Origin: Mustelus asterias | Taxonomy: Eukaryota | DNA length: 64,000 nt | Assembly (NCBI RefSeq): GCF_964213995.1 | Contig: NC_135815.1 | Span: 57,350,001 to 57,414,000 of the forward strand | Direction: 5' to 3' | Program-made: the position numbers and the translations under genes | Notes under the pieces: generated by a model | What the model saw: the letters and a program-made list of their open reading frames with translations, nothing else | Database searches by the model: none | Told to the model about the DNA's origin: nothing | Part shown: piece after piece, positions 23,074 to 36,405 of the stretch | Position numbering within the stretch: the stretch's first letter is position 1 | Layout of the letters: each line of letters begins with the position of its first letter

Positions 23074-24830
23074 CATTAAGGGACTAGCCTCTAATCCCAG
23101 GAACCAACCTAGTGAACCTTCAATGCACTGTCTCCAATGCAGGCATATCCTTCCTTAAGTATGGAGACCAAACTTGGACACAGTATTTTAGATTTGGATC
23201 AGGATTTTACAGTCTCGCTCGGGCGAGACGGGAAATTCCCATCCGAGGTCAATGGAGATTTCTGTTGTCGTACCTTTGCCCGCTCTGATTCCATGGCGGG
23301 CAAGGTGGTAGACTTCCGGCTCTGGTCTCCCCACAGCTCCATTTCCTGCAAAATGTTTTTATTCTTGCACTCCAATCCCCTTGCAATAAAAATCAACATG
23401 CCATTTGTTTTTGCTTGCTGTACCTACAAACATGTGAACATATGAATTAGGAGTAGGAGTAGGCCACTTGGTTTCTTGTGCCTGCTCTGCCATTCAATAT
23501 GATCATGACTGATCCGATTTCTTCACATTCCCCTCTATTACCTTTCATCCCCTCACTGGCTAGTTATCAATCTAGTTAGCCCTTAAAAATATTCAGACTC
23601 TGTTTCTGCTGCCTTTTGAGGAAGAGAGTTCCAAAAACTTACAACCCTCTCTGAGAAAACATTTATCCTCATTTCTGTCTTAATTGGGCGACCCTTTATT
23701 TTAAAACAGAGACCTCTCGTTTTAGATGCTCCCAGAAAAGTAAACATCCTCTCCATGTCCACCCTCTCTAGAACCCCTCAGGGTCTTACATGTTTCGGTC
23801 AAATAATTTCTTAATCTTCTAAACTCCAGTGGGTACAAGCATACAAATTAGGAGCAGGAATAAGTAATTTGGTCTTTGACCTGCTCCGCCATTCTATAAG
23901 ACCAATTTTGAATTCAATGAAACATATGCTGTACATTGCTGTAACATTTTGCTGTTTTTGGATCTCTTGAATATTCACTATGAATGTGGTTGCTTTACAG
24001 TGAACACATCTAAACTGTAGCCATTTCCATTCTAGTTTCCTCATATGTTGCTAAAACGAGGTTTGTATTCTTGTGTTATCTGCACCATGGAGTTGTGATC
24101 AAGCCTGCCCAATTTTTCTTCGTAAGACAACCATTCTATGTACTAGTCTAGTAAACCTTCTCTAAACTGCTTTCCATGCTCTTACATCATTCTTTAAATA
24201 AGATGGCACCGGAGTGTGGCGACTTCTTTCGAGCTGTCCTCAGCTTATCCTCTAATTCTATCTTTTACTCTCATAATACGCTTTTAAAACTGTACTCTAA
24301 CTCTTTTAAACTATACTACATTCTGCACCCTCTCCTTTCCTTCTCCCCTATGTACTCTATGTGCGGCATGCTTTGTCTGTATAACGCGCAAGAAACAAAA
24401 CTTTTCACTGTACACCAATCCATGTGACAATAATAAATCAAATCAAAATGAGATCAATACTGTACACAATATTCCAGATGTGATCCCACCAATGCCATGT
24501 ATAACTGAAGCTTAACCTTCCTACTTATATTCAATTCCCCTTGCAATAAACAAAAACATTCTATTTGTCTTCTTAATTACTTGCTGTATCTGATTACTAA
24601 CCTTTTACATGAATAGGATGGGAATGGAAGGATACAGACTCCGTAAGTGCATACGTTTTTAGTTTAGGCAGGCATTATGATCAGCACAGGCTTGGAGGGC
24701 TGAAGGGCCTGTTCCTGTGCTGTACTGTTCTTTGTTCTTGTTCTTTCTTCTTTTGCTATTCATGCACAAGGACCCCTAGATCCCTCTGCATCTCAGACCT
24801 TTTGTGTTCCTTGTAATAATATACCCAAAT
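23074..24830 (-). mobile_element. Old CR1 fragments with nested inserts: MITE about 23196-23320, short CR1 plus duplicated DNA 23841-24098, Rex/Babar-like piece 24200-24447, plus-strand CR1 tail 24608-24745
   Basis: Minus-strand CR1 3' UTR and RT similarity to 1791-2730 and 51535-52235, broken by recognisable insertions. Confidence 0.75.
23911..24098 (+). repeat. About 190 bp direct duplicate of 25074-25260
   Basis: aattcaatgaaacatatgctg...tatctgcaccatgga is present at both loci. Confidence 0.95.
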
Positions 24831-26100
24831 CTCTCTGAACATTAACATTTACAAGTTTCAATATATTCTGTTTTTCTATTGCTCCAGTGAAATACCATAT
24901 TTGAGGCACCAAGTTACCGCAAGTTAAAGAAAGGATCACAAAACACATTTAAATTAATGCAAATTTCAGATGTGTGAAAATCATGTCAAATTAAAGTGTT
25001 GTTAAAAAGCTACTGCAATCATTGCAAAAAATGTGCCAAATCCATTCCTCTTTAAAGAGCTCGATCATTAATGAATTCAATGAAACATATGCTGGACATT
25101 GCTGTAACATTTTGCTGATATTGGATCCTTTGAATATTCACTATGAATGTGGTTGCTTTACAGTGCACACATCTAAACTGCAGCCATTTCCATTCTAGTT
25201 TTCTCATATGCTACTAAAACGAGGTTTGTATTCTTGTGTTATCTGCACCATGGAATTGTGAGTAAACGCTGCCCATTACCTTGTACTTAGGATCTCTTTC
25301 AGCAGGCATTTTTACACCCAGCAGCCAAAGTGTGCCAGCACTGGAGTGAGCAGTGTTATCGGGTGTTAGCTGCACAGCTCAAAGACCCTTCTGAAAAGTA
25401 TCACATCATTAGCACACTCCTTAGAACTTTAAAATCCAATTCTTAGGTCAACTCCAAACCAGATTAATCTGAAAGAGGGATCAGTCCGATTTAACCAGGT
25501 AAATGCAGCAAAACATTTTCGGTCTCATCACTCTGGCTTGCTGCGACAAAGACACCCAATAAGAGTGTTGCTTAAACTTCATGGAAAGAAGTGAATTAAT
25601 TCATCTGCTCCAAAATGACAAAAGTCCACACATCTAAGGGAGTTTACTGTAACACTGTACAAATTGGAAAGAAAACAGCAAATACATAAAATTAGTCGTG
25701 TTTTGGGCTCTCTTTCAGTCCCAATTCCAAAATGGCTACTATGTAATTCTGATATGCAGAAAAGATTGTATTGATTTACTCTTAGGCAAGGTAACATGAC
25801 AAAATGTCTTCAACTAGGATTTTAATCTTTCCATTTTCCGTACAAGTGACTTATCCAGTGATACCTCACCTGGATCCTGCTATTTTATCCCAGGTGCCAG
25901 GGACCAGAAGCTGGTGTGAACCTTCTTTAACAGTGCAGATTAGGGTCTGATAACATTGTTGGACCCTGTCTCTCTGGTTTGACTGGAGAAACCATTGTGT
26001 CTTTCCCAGATGAAGAATGGGAGGTAGTTCTGAGACAAAGTAAATGTCATTTTTTTCTATTTTCTTGTGAGGCCAGGAGTGTGATGTGTGTTACTACAAG

Positions 26101-26231
26101 TAAGAGTTTTAACAACACCAGGTTAAAGTCCAACAGGTTTATTTGGTAGCAAATACCATTCGTTTTCGGAGCGCTGCTCCTTCGTCAGATGGAGTGGAAA
26201 TGTGCTCTCAAACAGGGCACAGTTACAAACA
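26101..26231 (-). mobile_element. Short Penelope 3' insertion with hammerhead motif (26156-26192)
   Basis: pLTR end, 11 bp TSD gttactacaag (26090-26100 and 26232-26242). Minus strand reads ccat-CTGACGA...GAAA-acga-atgg. Confidence 0.85.
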
Positions 26232-27109
26232 GTTACTACAAGCCCAGCAAGAAAGATTTAGGCCTCCCAGGCCCTGGAAACCCTTCTCCTCCTGGGCCAC
26301 AAAGAGTGCTAGCTGAGATTAGTTGCTAGGAATTCCAACACTCAGCCTTCCCTAACACTTACTGTTAAATTTAAGTTACAGCACTGATTGTGTCGTGAAG
26401 TCACAACTTTTTAATGTTCATGAGCAACCACCCCCCCCCCCCCCCCCCCGCCCCCCCCCACCCCACTTCTGCAAAAGCTTTGCTGACACCCTGGATTCTG
26501 CACTTTAGGAGAATGCGTTGCTCAATTCAGGCTTTCTGAGAGATCTTGAAGGGTTCTATATAAATGCAATGCTTTCTTTTTACTACCCTCCTTCTCTAAT
26601 GTTGCATAGCACTGTCTGAAAACAAGATTCCTTACAGTTGTGTCCAGTCCATTTTTCCATGTATGATCAAATGTGCTATTTCTTGCAGAACAAGGTCTTT
26701 CAGGCTGCTGTGTGAGATCACATATGTGCAGTTTAGCAGGAACATTGACAGTCAGACTCAACGATGGGCAGAGTTTAACGACATAATATACTCCCCGAGG
26801 ATACACACCTCTCTATGAATCACAATCATGCAGTTTCCCCAACAACAGCCTAGCTGAACTGAATTCTCCTGCTCCTTACTGCTTTCTACTGACACCATAG
26901 TTCTATTTGGATGAGATACACACTTTTCTGCTCTTCTGTCATTCGCTCATCATCTGCTGAGGGTGCTGAGTCATATGTCCATTCACAGTGCAGACTGCAC
27001 GCTGGTGTTATCCGCCCCAGTAAGCATACCTCATTTGTGACAATCAACATGTTTCTAAATCACAGCATCACAGCCAAGCCTCGAGCCTTTATCCAACATT
27101 CATAAACAC

Positions 27110-27525
27110 GTATGAAATAAAAAACAGAAAATGCTGGAAATACTCAGCAGGTCTGGCAGCATCTGTGGAGAGAGAAACCGTTCAGGTTTCTGGTCGTGAC
27201 CTTTCATCAAAACTGGGAAAAATTTGAAGGAGGACAAATGGGGGAGGGTGGACAAAGAACAAGTGGGAAGGCCCATGATAGGATGGAAGACAGGTGACAT
27301 TAAGTGATCAAAGAGTTATTGGGGCAGAGCCAAAGGGAGTGGTAATGGGACAAGTAAAAAGAAGCAAAAGATGTGTCCAGAGGAGGTGTGAATGGCAGAA
27401 TAATGAACAGCTACTGTCTGAAAACAGAAACAAGAGAAAAATATTTGTTGAACTCAATGTAGAGTCCTGAAGGCTCAAAAGTGATTCATTGAAAAATGAG
27501 GTGCTACTCCTTGAGCTTGTTTTGT
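27110..27525 (-). mobile_element. Second Penelope-like family, 3' fragments (also about 27670-27775, 28460-29165, 29975-30075, 30455-30600)
   Basis: Recurrent aaatgctggaaatactcagcaggtctggcagcatctgtggagagag end, degenerate (c/t)TGANGA...GAAA motifs, and an RT-thumb remnant ICSDEETFH at about 29050. Confidence 0.65.
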
Positions 27526-27539
27526 GATTCATTAGAACA

Positions 27540-28450
27540 CAAATGGGCAAAAAAAATTGGCAAACAGAGTACAATGTGGGAAAAGGGGAACTTGTCCACT
27601 TTGGCAGGAAGAAGAGAAAACCAATACATGGAGAGAGATGGAAATCTCTGCGGTACAGGGGGATTTGGGTAAAAACAAAAAATGCTGGATAAACTTAGCA
27701 GATCTGGCAGCATCTGTGGAGAGAGAAACATAGTTTACATTTCGACGCTGTATGATTTTTCCTCAGAGCTCAGATGGGTCAGGGTGCCCTGGTACATGAA
27801 TCATAAAAAGTTACCATGCAGGTACAGCCAGTGATTAGGAAGGCAAATGGAATGATGGCATTTATTGCAAGGGGAATGGAATATAAACATAGGGAAGTGT
27901 TGCTACAGCTGTACAGGACCATAGTGAGACCACATCTGGTGTGCTGTGCCAATATTTGGTCTCCTTACTTAGAAAGGATATAATTGCATTAGAAGCAGTT
28001 CCAAGCGGTTCACTCGACTTATCCTTGGGAAGAAGAAGTTGGCTTATGAGGAAATGTTGAGCAGGTTGGGCCTATACCTATTGGAGTTTAGAAGAATGAT
28101 AGGTGATCTTATTGAAACATATAAGATCCTGAGGGAACTTGACAGGGTGGATGCTGAAAGGATGTTTCCCCTTGTGGGGGCATTTAGAATTAGTTCAAAA
28201 ATAAGGGGTCTCCCATTTAAGACAACAGAGGGTCATTAGCCTGTGGAATTCTGTCCCCAGGGAGCAGCAGGGGCTGGGTCATTGAATTGGACAGATTTTT
28301 GATTGACAAGGGAGTTGAGGATTATGGGGGGGCAAACAGGAAAGTGGAGTCGAGGACACCAAGAGAGTAAAATCATGGTCTTATCAAATGGCAGAGCAGG
28401 CTTGAGGGGCCGAATTACCTACTCATGCTCCAAATTCGTGTGACCTTGTG
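27540..28450 (+). mobile_element. Decayed CR1 3' fragment
   Basis: RLGLYLLEFRRMIGDLIETYKIL and a CR1 3' UTR. Confidence 0.85.
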
Positions 28451-29221
28451 CTGTTGCACTGCAGTAAGTAGAGGGCAGAATGCCCAGAATGGGGCTAAGG
28501 TGGGGAATTAAAATGGCAAGTGACATGAAGACCAGAGTCATGCTTGCAGACTGAATGGAGGAATTCCAGGAAGCAGTTACCCAATCTGCAGCAAATTGGA
28601 ATCCAGAAATCACTGTTTCACCTGAAAGGGGTATTTAGGGCCTTGGATGGGGAGGAGAGAGAAGATAAAAGGGCAGGTATTCCACTTTCTGTGCTTGCAT
28701 GGAAAAGTGCTGTGGGAAGGGGATTGGGTTTTGAGGGTGACTGAGAGTGAATCAGGGTGTCACAGAGGCAAAGTGCCTTCAGAATGCCGAAAGAGGAGGA
28801 GAGGGAAACATATGATTGGTGATGCATCACAGTGGAGGTGATGGAAATGGTCTGTTGAATATGGAGGCTGGTGGAATCGGAAGGTGAGGACAAAGGTAAC
28901 CGTATTGTGGTTCTGGAATGGAGGAGGAGAGGTGAAAGCAGAGGTGTAGAAAACGGGTTGGACATAGGCGGGGGGTCACGGTGGGAAGCAATCCTTGGTT
29001 GAGGGAAATGGAAGATAAATTGAAAGTATTGTTGTGAAAAGTTTCTTCATCAGAACAGATGCTGGAAGAATGGAATGGACTCCTTACAGGGTGCAAGATG
29101 TGAGGAAGTGTAGTCAAGCAGTGCTGAGAGTTTGTGAGCATATAGTCAATATTAGTTGATTGCCTCTATTTTACGATCCATAACACCTAAAAGATAGAGA
29201 AAAAGTTTGCTATTAAAGTGT

Positions 29222-29540
29222 CATAGAATCCCTAGAGTGCAGAAGGAGGCCATTCGACCCATCGAGTCTGTACTGACCACAATCCCACTCAGGTCCTATT
29301 CCCATAACCCTACACATCTACCCTGCCAATCCCCCTGACACTAGGGTCAATTTAGCTTGGCCAATCAACCCAACCCACACATCTTTGGACTGTGGAGGAA
29401 ACCGAAGAACCCGGAGGAAACCCACGCAGACACGAGCAGAATGTGAAAATTCCACACAGACAGTGACCCGAGGCCAGAACTGAACCTGGGACCCTGGCGC
29501 TGTGAGGCAGCAGTGCTAACCACTGTGTCACCGTGTCGCC
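29222..29540 (-). mobile_element. HE1-like V-SINE, type A
   Basis: Reverse complement of the 8439-8770 SINE. Confidence 0.9.
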
Positions 29541-29544
29541 CGTG

Positions 29545-29975
29545 TCGGATGAGATGAAGGGCGAAATGAAATTGTGCAGCATTTGAACTTTGAGATAGAG
29601 TGAGTTGATGATGCTGAAGATAGAAAAGGGCAGGTTGACAGTGGAGAGCACCGAGTGTGGACCTCAGGATGCGGCAATAAGCAGTTTGAGGAGCATTGAA
29701 TATCTAGGAGACACATGTAATCATGGGTGGATCTGAAACATGGAAGGGGGAATTTCCATTGGAATCCACGTGGAACAAGTTGAAGCTGGAGACAGTTGCA
29801 GAGGAAGAAAATGTGATTGTGAAAGTGAGTTTTGGGATTATCTGATCCAAGACAAGCAGGGAAATGGAAAGCAATGAAGATGAACAAGGTCAAAGAGACA
29901 AATCGGAGGGAAAAGCAAACCTTCTTCGAGGTGGTATTCTTGGAAGAGAAGAAGCAGTGAATTAAACACTGGTCG
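29545..29975 (-). mobile_element. Probable L2 LINE RT remnant (others at about 46420-46830, 53820-54350, 60240-60960)
   Basis: Degenerate similarity only. The 60390 region reads like LGDxNLHLN of an APE endonuclease, and 46430-46500 resembles an L2 3' end. Confidence 0.5.
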
Positions 29976-30152
29976 AAAAACAAAATGTTGCTGATGTTGG
30001 AAATCGGAAATGAAAACAGAAAAAGTGTTCGAAATAGTCAGCAAATCAGGCAACGTCTAAAGAGAAAGAAACAGAATCGAGGCTGGAATTTTCTAGCCCA
30101 CACCAAAAAGATCCCACTAGCGTGAAGAGCTGGAAAATCCTGGCCAAAGTTA

Positions 30153-30452
30153 GGCAGTACAGTGGCACATTGGTTAGCACTGCTGCCTCACAGTCTCAGG
30201 GACCTGGGTTCAACTCTGGCCTTGAGTTACCTGGTGTGGAATTTGCACGTTCTCCTTGTGTCTGTGTGGGTTTCCTCTGGGTGCTCCGGTTTCCTTCCAC
30301 ACTCCAAAGATGTACAGATTAGGTAGATTAGCCATGGTAAATGCATGGGGTTACAGGGATAGTATGAGGTATGGGCCTGAGAAGATGCTCTTACGTAGGG
30401 TCAGTGCAGATTCAATGGACCCAATGGCTTCCTTCTGCATAGTCAGGTTTCT
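30153..30452 (+). mobile_element. HE1-like V-SINE, type A, diverged
   Basis: Head, V-core and tail recognisable. Confidence 0.85.
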
Positions 30453-31604
30453 AAGAATTCAGACACTGACCTTTCTTCAGAACTGGGAAAGAATGAGAAA
30501 TAATATAACATTTCAGGAGGTGTAGAGATGGTCTGTGATAGGTCAGAAGACAGGAGACAAATGACAAAAGAGGTGGAGGGGCTGAGCTAAAGAAGTAGTT
30601 ATGGGACATGTACTGTTGATTAGGAATCATTAATTGAGAATCCGAAACTTGAATCTTGGACAGTTCCCCTGATCTGATTCCAGTGCCGCTAAAGCATGAA
30701 ACCTTGCAATTACTGTGTTCTTTCCAGCTTTTCATCCTTTGCCAGGCCAGGGGAACTTTGTTAGGCAGAGCTGAAACAGAATGTTCTGCCACCAGGCAGA
30801 CGTGTTTGCCATTCAAGTAGTGAGAATTCACACTAATAAAATACTTGTCAGCACAAGTCACTGCTACTCTTCTTACCCGCTTCCTAATTTCAACTAGACA
30901 GATACCTGCTGGCGTTACACACCCTTACTAACATGATACACAGCCTACTAAACAGAGTTAGATACTCATTGACAATTAGCAGCAGCAGCTGCTATACCTC
31001 ACCAGTACAGAGTTGGAGTATATGCTGGACATGTAATTTCCTGGTAACTTAACAGCTCATTATTCCTTTATAAATTTGAAAGTTATGTCAGTCAATGTGA
31101 CTGATATTGTACAGCAGTATTGTGGAGCACATTGGCTGTAACTATCTAAACTGGTACAGACCATTAGATCACTGAACTGGAGCTCCCTGTATATTTCACT
31201 GTGAACATCAATCTGACTTTCATTGGTCGTTTTAAAAAATGTTCTGGAGCAAGTACAGCTCAAGAACTTAGTGGAACGTTCAGGTTAAATTACAACCTGA
31301 TAATCATTCCCAAGGTATAATTATTTGTTCATATCAATCCTATCCTCTATCTGAGAGTACCTATTACACCATGATAGCTGTGAATGAACCTCTGATGTAT
31401 TTTGTCCACCATTTTAACTGGTGTCAAATTGTTTATTTAATACCGCTATTAAAATAACAAGGAATATCATTCAAATTAGCTAAGTTTATAGACAGTATGT
31501 GGTCAAGCAGCCATTCATAAAATTGTAATAATATGACTGCTTCTCCCAGGACCATTCTAGAATGTACCGGGGAATGTCACATTTCAAAGCACTATGCTAT
31601 GAGT

Positions 31605-32396
31605 TCAGCTCTGACCTGCCCCCCCCCCTCCCCACCCTGGAGCACCCCGATGTCCAGCCCACCTACCCCAGCAGTGGCGATCCCCCCCTCCCCTCACCCC
31701 GGTAGAGCCCCCCCCCCCTCCCCGGAGTCAGATCCCCCCCAGAGTCAGACCCCACCCCCCCCACCCCCCCGGGAGGCAGACCATCCCCCCCAGCCCGCCC
31801 TGATCGCTGGCCTCCCTCCAGCCCAGACTGATTGCTATGCAGAACGGTAGCAGGACCCCTCACCCCAACCTAGGCCCACAGTAGGCCCCACCCCCTGGGC
31901 ACTGCCCGATGGCCATTGGTGCCCCACTGGGCATGGGCACTTTGCCCCTTGGCAGTGCCAGGGGGCACAGGCTAGTACTGCTAAGGTGCCCATGCTCAGG
32001 GGGCACCAGCCTCCCGCCACCCGACCCCCCTTGGGGGGTCCCGATTGCCCCCCCTTCATTCTGGCGGGGTCTCATGCTAGTTCCCTGAACGTGGGGAGCT
32101 AGTCTGAACCCCGCTGGAATGAAGTACTCTTGGCGGGGTGGGAGATTCTATCGGGAACGGCAAGTTCCCGATAATGAAATGCAAAATATATTTAAACTAC
32201 ATTAAAAAAAGATTCAAATGACTTATCTGTCTTCACGCTGGTTTCCAGCGTGGCCTGGACTCTGACTGTGCTCTGGCTCTGGGAGATGTGCATGTGTTCC
32301 TGGCGCATGCGTAAATTCCGGAACGAGGCCGACGACATGCATCTCCCAGCCCGACCCTCCAGAAAAGTTGCAGGTCGCGATGGGAGAATCGTCCCC
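31605..32396. mobile_element. GC-rich Harbinger-type non-autonomous element fragment (related pieces at about 44090-44705 and 63340-63770)
   Basis: Right end gggagaatcgtccc. Shares ggcagtgccagggg/ggcactgccaggg motifs with 63480-63560. Confidence 0.5.
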
Positions 32397-32735
32397 TGTA
32401 TTTCTATTTTGAGTCCATTGTCTTTGGAAGTTGCAGCACTTGGTTCTCCACAAATGGCACTTGGACTCTTGCCAGTGTGTTTACTGGTCTAGACAACAGG
32501 CACTTCTGGGTATTTGCTGCTTGAGGTTTTGAGGTGGGGGCTGGAGAGGCCTTTCAGAACTTTGGTCCACTGTGTAGGATGTAGGGGCAGTTGTGGGTGA
32601 CAGACAGGTATACAGTTACTCAGTGGCATGGGCTCTTCATCCTCTGACTGGGTGGAGATGGGAAATGGAGCGACGGCATATTGAATTATAGAGCAGGCCT
32701 TCAATTACAGTTCTATGGCTGTCAGGATGGAGATG

Positions 32736-32913
32736 ATGTGGAGATGCCGGCGTTGGACTGGGGTAAACACAGTAAGAGTTTTAACAACGCCAGGTTAAAG
32801 TCCAACAGGTTTATTTGGTAGCAAATGCCATTTGCAAATGGCATTTGCTACCAAACATCATTTGCTACCAAATAAACCTGTTGGACTTTAACCTGGTGTT
32901 GTTAAAACTCTTA
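32736..32913. mobile_element. Fold-back Penelope pLTR-end insertion
   Basis: About 55 bp inverted arms with a small central palindrome. 13 bp TSD caggatggagatg (32723-32735 and 32914-32926). Confidence 0.9.
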
Positions 32914-33720
32914 CAGGATGGAGATGGACAGTCTCTCAGGCAGCAACATTCCGTGTGGGGCAGCAGATAAAAAGTTGCAAAGAGGGAAGTGGTATTGGGA
33001 GCAACGGCACAAACAAAGAAGTGAGCATCTTTCAACACTTGCGTTCACTGCTATTGTGGTTGGTTGGGGGGTGGGGGGGGGGTGGAGGTTGTGTGGGATC
33101 TCGTTTTGAATCCGAGTAGGAGCATTGGGAGCTACTGTAACAAGTGAATCAGTAGCTGGATTAGCAATTTAATCAGTGCTCCTGTTGAGATTGGTAAGGA
33201 CTTCTCTGATATTTTAAACTCACCTTGGGAATTGGGGGAGAAGTTACTGAGAATCAGCAGATCTGCTGATCTGGCATTTGAAGGTTTTGCTACATGGAGT
33301 GCCAAGGGAGGACATGAGGAAGTGGGATTCTTCAATCAGAATTCGGAGCTGCTCTCTGGTTCTTAGGTGATGTCTTAGTTTTTTGGTTCCCTCCTCCAAG
33401 AGGTGATTTCCAGTAGAACATTGTGTCAGTTTCAGAGTTCCTGTCTCACACAGGGTCACAATGTCCCCAGAAGTTTAACCACACAGAGATCCCACCACTT
33501 AGACTGGAGGATAAGCGTACTGGAGTTAATGTGATTTACCTGCTATAAGTGGTGGGCAGTAAAAGCAAACCCACTACTGTGATCCTGCAAGCCCTACCCT
33601 AAACAGAAATACAGACCTTTATTTGGTCTAGTTTCCACTCAGTTCCTGTACTGATCTTAAGATGAGTCCACAGAAAATGCAAGGCAAGCAGCAAAAGAAA
33701 ATGATGGGAAAGACAGACTT

Positions 33721-33900
33721 GGGCCGGGACTTTCTGGCCATTCATGCCGGCGAGATCTTCCCCACTGCCGATTTCCCACTGGCCTGGGGTGGCTTCAATG
33801 GGAAATCCGATTGGCAATGGCGGGACCAGAGAATCCTGCTGCCAGCCAACAGCAGGCCAAGAAACACACCATGTGGGGGCCGGGGTAGAGAATCCCACCC
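33721..33900. mobile_element. Short Harbinger-type MITE (similar at 30081-30145, 42440-42542, about 18536-18995)
   Basis: GG(G)-terminal imperfect TIRs. Confidence 0.6.
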
Positions 33901-34054
33901 ACAGATCAGCACTAACTCTTCCTGCTGTCTCTGTCAGGGAAAAAAATATCATCACATGTTAGTAAATACTACACAGGGATTGATGAGGCGTGATGCACTA
34001 TCCAAAATAGACAGTGTGTTTCAAGTGTTGTAGGTAGTGCCTTTCCCATGACAC

Positions 34055-34341
34055 TCATAGAATCCATATAGTGCAGAAATAGGCCATTTGGCCAATCAAG
34101 TCTGCACCGACCACAATCCCACTCAGCCCCTAACCCCATAACCCCATGCACTTACCCTAACTAGTCCCCCTGACACTATGGCCAATCCACCTTTGGACTG
34201 TGGGAGGAAACCGGAGCATCCAAAGGAAACCCATGCAGACACAGGGAGAATGTGCAAACTCCACACATACAGCGACCCAAGCCGGGAATCGAACCCCGGT
34301 CCCTGGCGCTGTGAGGCAGCGGTGCTAACCACTGTGCCACC
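34055..34341 (-). mobile_element. HE1-like V-SINE, type A
   Basis: Reverse complement head, core and tail. Confidence 0.9.
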
Positions 34342-34371
34342 ATGTTGAAGATGATTCTGAAATTTTTACTG

Positions 34372-34580
34372 GTGTCCTGGTCAACATTTATCCTTGGACC
34401 AACACCTAAAAACAGATTATTTGGTCATTATCATGTTACTGTTTGTGGGAGTTTGCTGTGTGCAAATTGGCTGCTGCTTTATGGCAGTGATTACATATTG
34501 AAACGCATTTCATTGGTAGGAAAGTGCTTTGGGACATCTCAAAGTTGTGAAAGATGCTATAGGTCTGCAAATCTTTTTCA
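34372..34580 (+). mobile_element. 3' half of a DeuSINE-like SINE with L2-type tail
   Basis: tgtttgtgggagtttgctgtgtgcaaattggctgctgc core and aagtgctttgggacatc...gaaagatgctata tail. Confidence 0.6.
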
Positions 34581-35534
34581 CTTTCTCTCTTTGAAATTGA
34601 CTGTAGTGGTACTGGCAAATAGTTCGCGCTATTTGTCCAATGTAGACAATATTGCCCCCTCACCACCATGGACTATGTGTAATGGATTGTGTAAGAGGTG
34701 AGGATTGTAATCATTACCTATTCTGCCATTTGGAGTAGTTTTATACTGATGGATAATCAGTGCTGTCTGATCTGATCTGATGAGTTGTATTGTGCAATAT
34801 AAGACACATTTCACAGTGTAGATCGAGGTTATACATGCAAGTTCAAACCTGATTTTTTGATCCAAAGGCAACTGAATGCATTAACAGGACCTAGCAAACA
34901 CTTGTTAATAAAAGTAATATTCTGAAATAATAATGTGTATCTAATGTCAGTTTTTTAAAAAATTGTCACTTTCAGGAGCTGTTTCAGCAGCTTTCTGAAT
35001 ATAATGCACTGGTTTCTCTTTCACATTTCCTCTTTTCAACAGAAATGATCTCTTTGCTGTTTCATCATGCATCTGTGAACAATTTCTCTTGCTCAAGTCA
35101 GACTGATGATAACAGGGAATGAGTTAAGATCTATTTGTCCTGGGCCAGGCAGGGTAAACAGTGACCCATGTGGCTTACCTTAGGTAGGAGGTAGGATGAA
35201 AGACCTGCCTGGCCTCCTCACGGTTTGGTGACATTCCCAGTAATCCTCACAGCATTTGGAAGCAATTACAAAAGTCAGCTGAATGTACTCTTAAGAGGTT
35301 TAATGGTCAAATTGTGTAGGACCAAACTTCTAAAGAATGTGGTGGATCACAGAGTTTAAGACAGGATGTACACATGCTCTGATCACAAAACTAATCATAG
35401 ATACCATGTCAATAAGTACAATGCTTGTTTAATAATATTCTTGCAATAACTGTGATGCAAATGATTCAATATAAGTTAAATCTAAAAATGTATTTTATAC
35501 CTAAGTTCACAACAGCAACAAAAACCTATTACTA

Positions 35535-35765
35535 TAGAACATAGAACATAGAACAGTACAGCACAGAACAGGCCCTTCGGCCCACGATGTTGTGCCGAGC
35601 TTTATCTGAAACCAAGATCAAGCTATCCCACTCCCTATCATCCTGGTGTGCTCCATGTGCCTATCCAATAACCGCTTAAATGTTCCTAAAGTGTCTGACT
35701 CCACTATCACTGCAGGCAGTCCATTCCACACCCCAACCACTCTCTGGGTAAAGAACCTATCCCTC
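35535..35765 (-). mobile_element. CR1 3' fragment
   Basis: (TTCTATG)n tail and an FFTQRVVGVWN-type coding end. Confidence 0.85.
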
Positions 35766-35907
35766 TCCATTGCAATAACAAAAGACACCGAATTGTGGTC
35801 ACTATCTCCAAAGTGCTATTTGTGCTATTTCATGAAATATTTTAAATAAATATTTCTCTGGCCTACAAAGATGCAGGGGACTAAATTAAATAGTCCCCCA
35901 AAACTGG

Positions 35908-36405
35908 GGATATTATTAAACTAGAAAGAGTACAGACGAGGTTTACTAGGATGCTACCGGGACTTGATGGATTGAGTTATAAGGAGAGGCTTGATAGACA
36001 GGGACTTTTTTCTCTGGAGTGTAGAAGACTGAGGGGTGATCTTATAGAGGTCTATAAAATAATGAGGGACATAGATCAGCTAGAAAGTCAATATCTTTTC
36101 CCAAAGGTAAAACTAGAGGACATAGGTTTAAGGTGAGAGACACAAAAGTGTTCAGAGGGGCAATTTTTTCACACAGAGGGTGATGAGTGTCTGGAACAAG
36201 CTGCCTGAGGTAGTAGTAGAGGGCAGTACAATTTTGTCTTTTAAAAAGCGTTTACCCAGTTACATGGGTAAAATGGGCATAGAGGGATATGGGCCATATG
36301 CAGGCAGTTGGGACTAGCATGGGGTTTAAGAAAAAGGGCGGCATGGACAAGTTGGGCCGAATGGCCTGTTTCCATGCTGTAAACCTCTATGACTCTGACT
36401 CTATG
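35908..36405 (+). mobile_element. CR1 3' fragment, same subfamily as 2987-4603
   Basis: Near-colinear with 4098-4603 (MLPGLDGLSYKERLDR). Confidence 0.92.

Noticed and set aside
25280-25340. Possible 61 nt minus-strand exon (…MPAERDPKYK|gtaatg); similar candidates near 39990-40056, 51078-51111 and 58567-58700
   Set aside because: Splice signals are plausible, but there is no independent support, and most do not fit the phases of the four accepted exons on their own.
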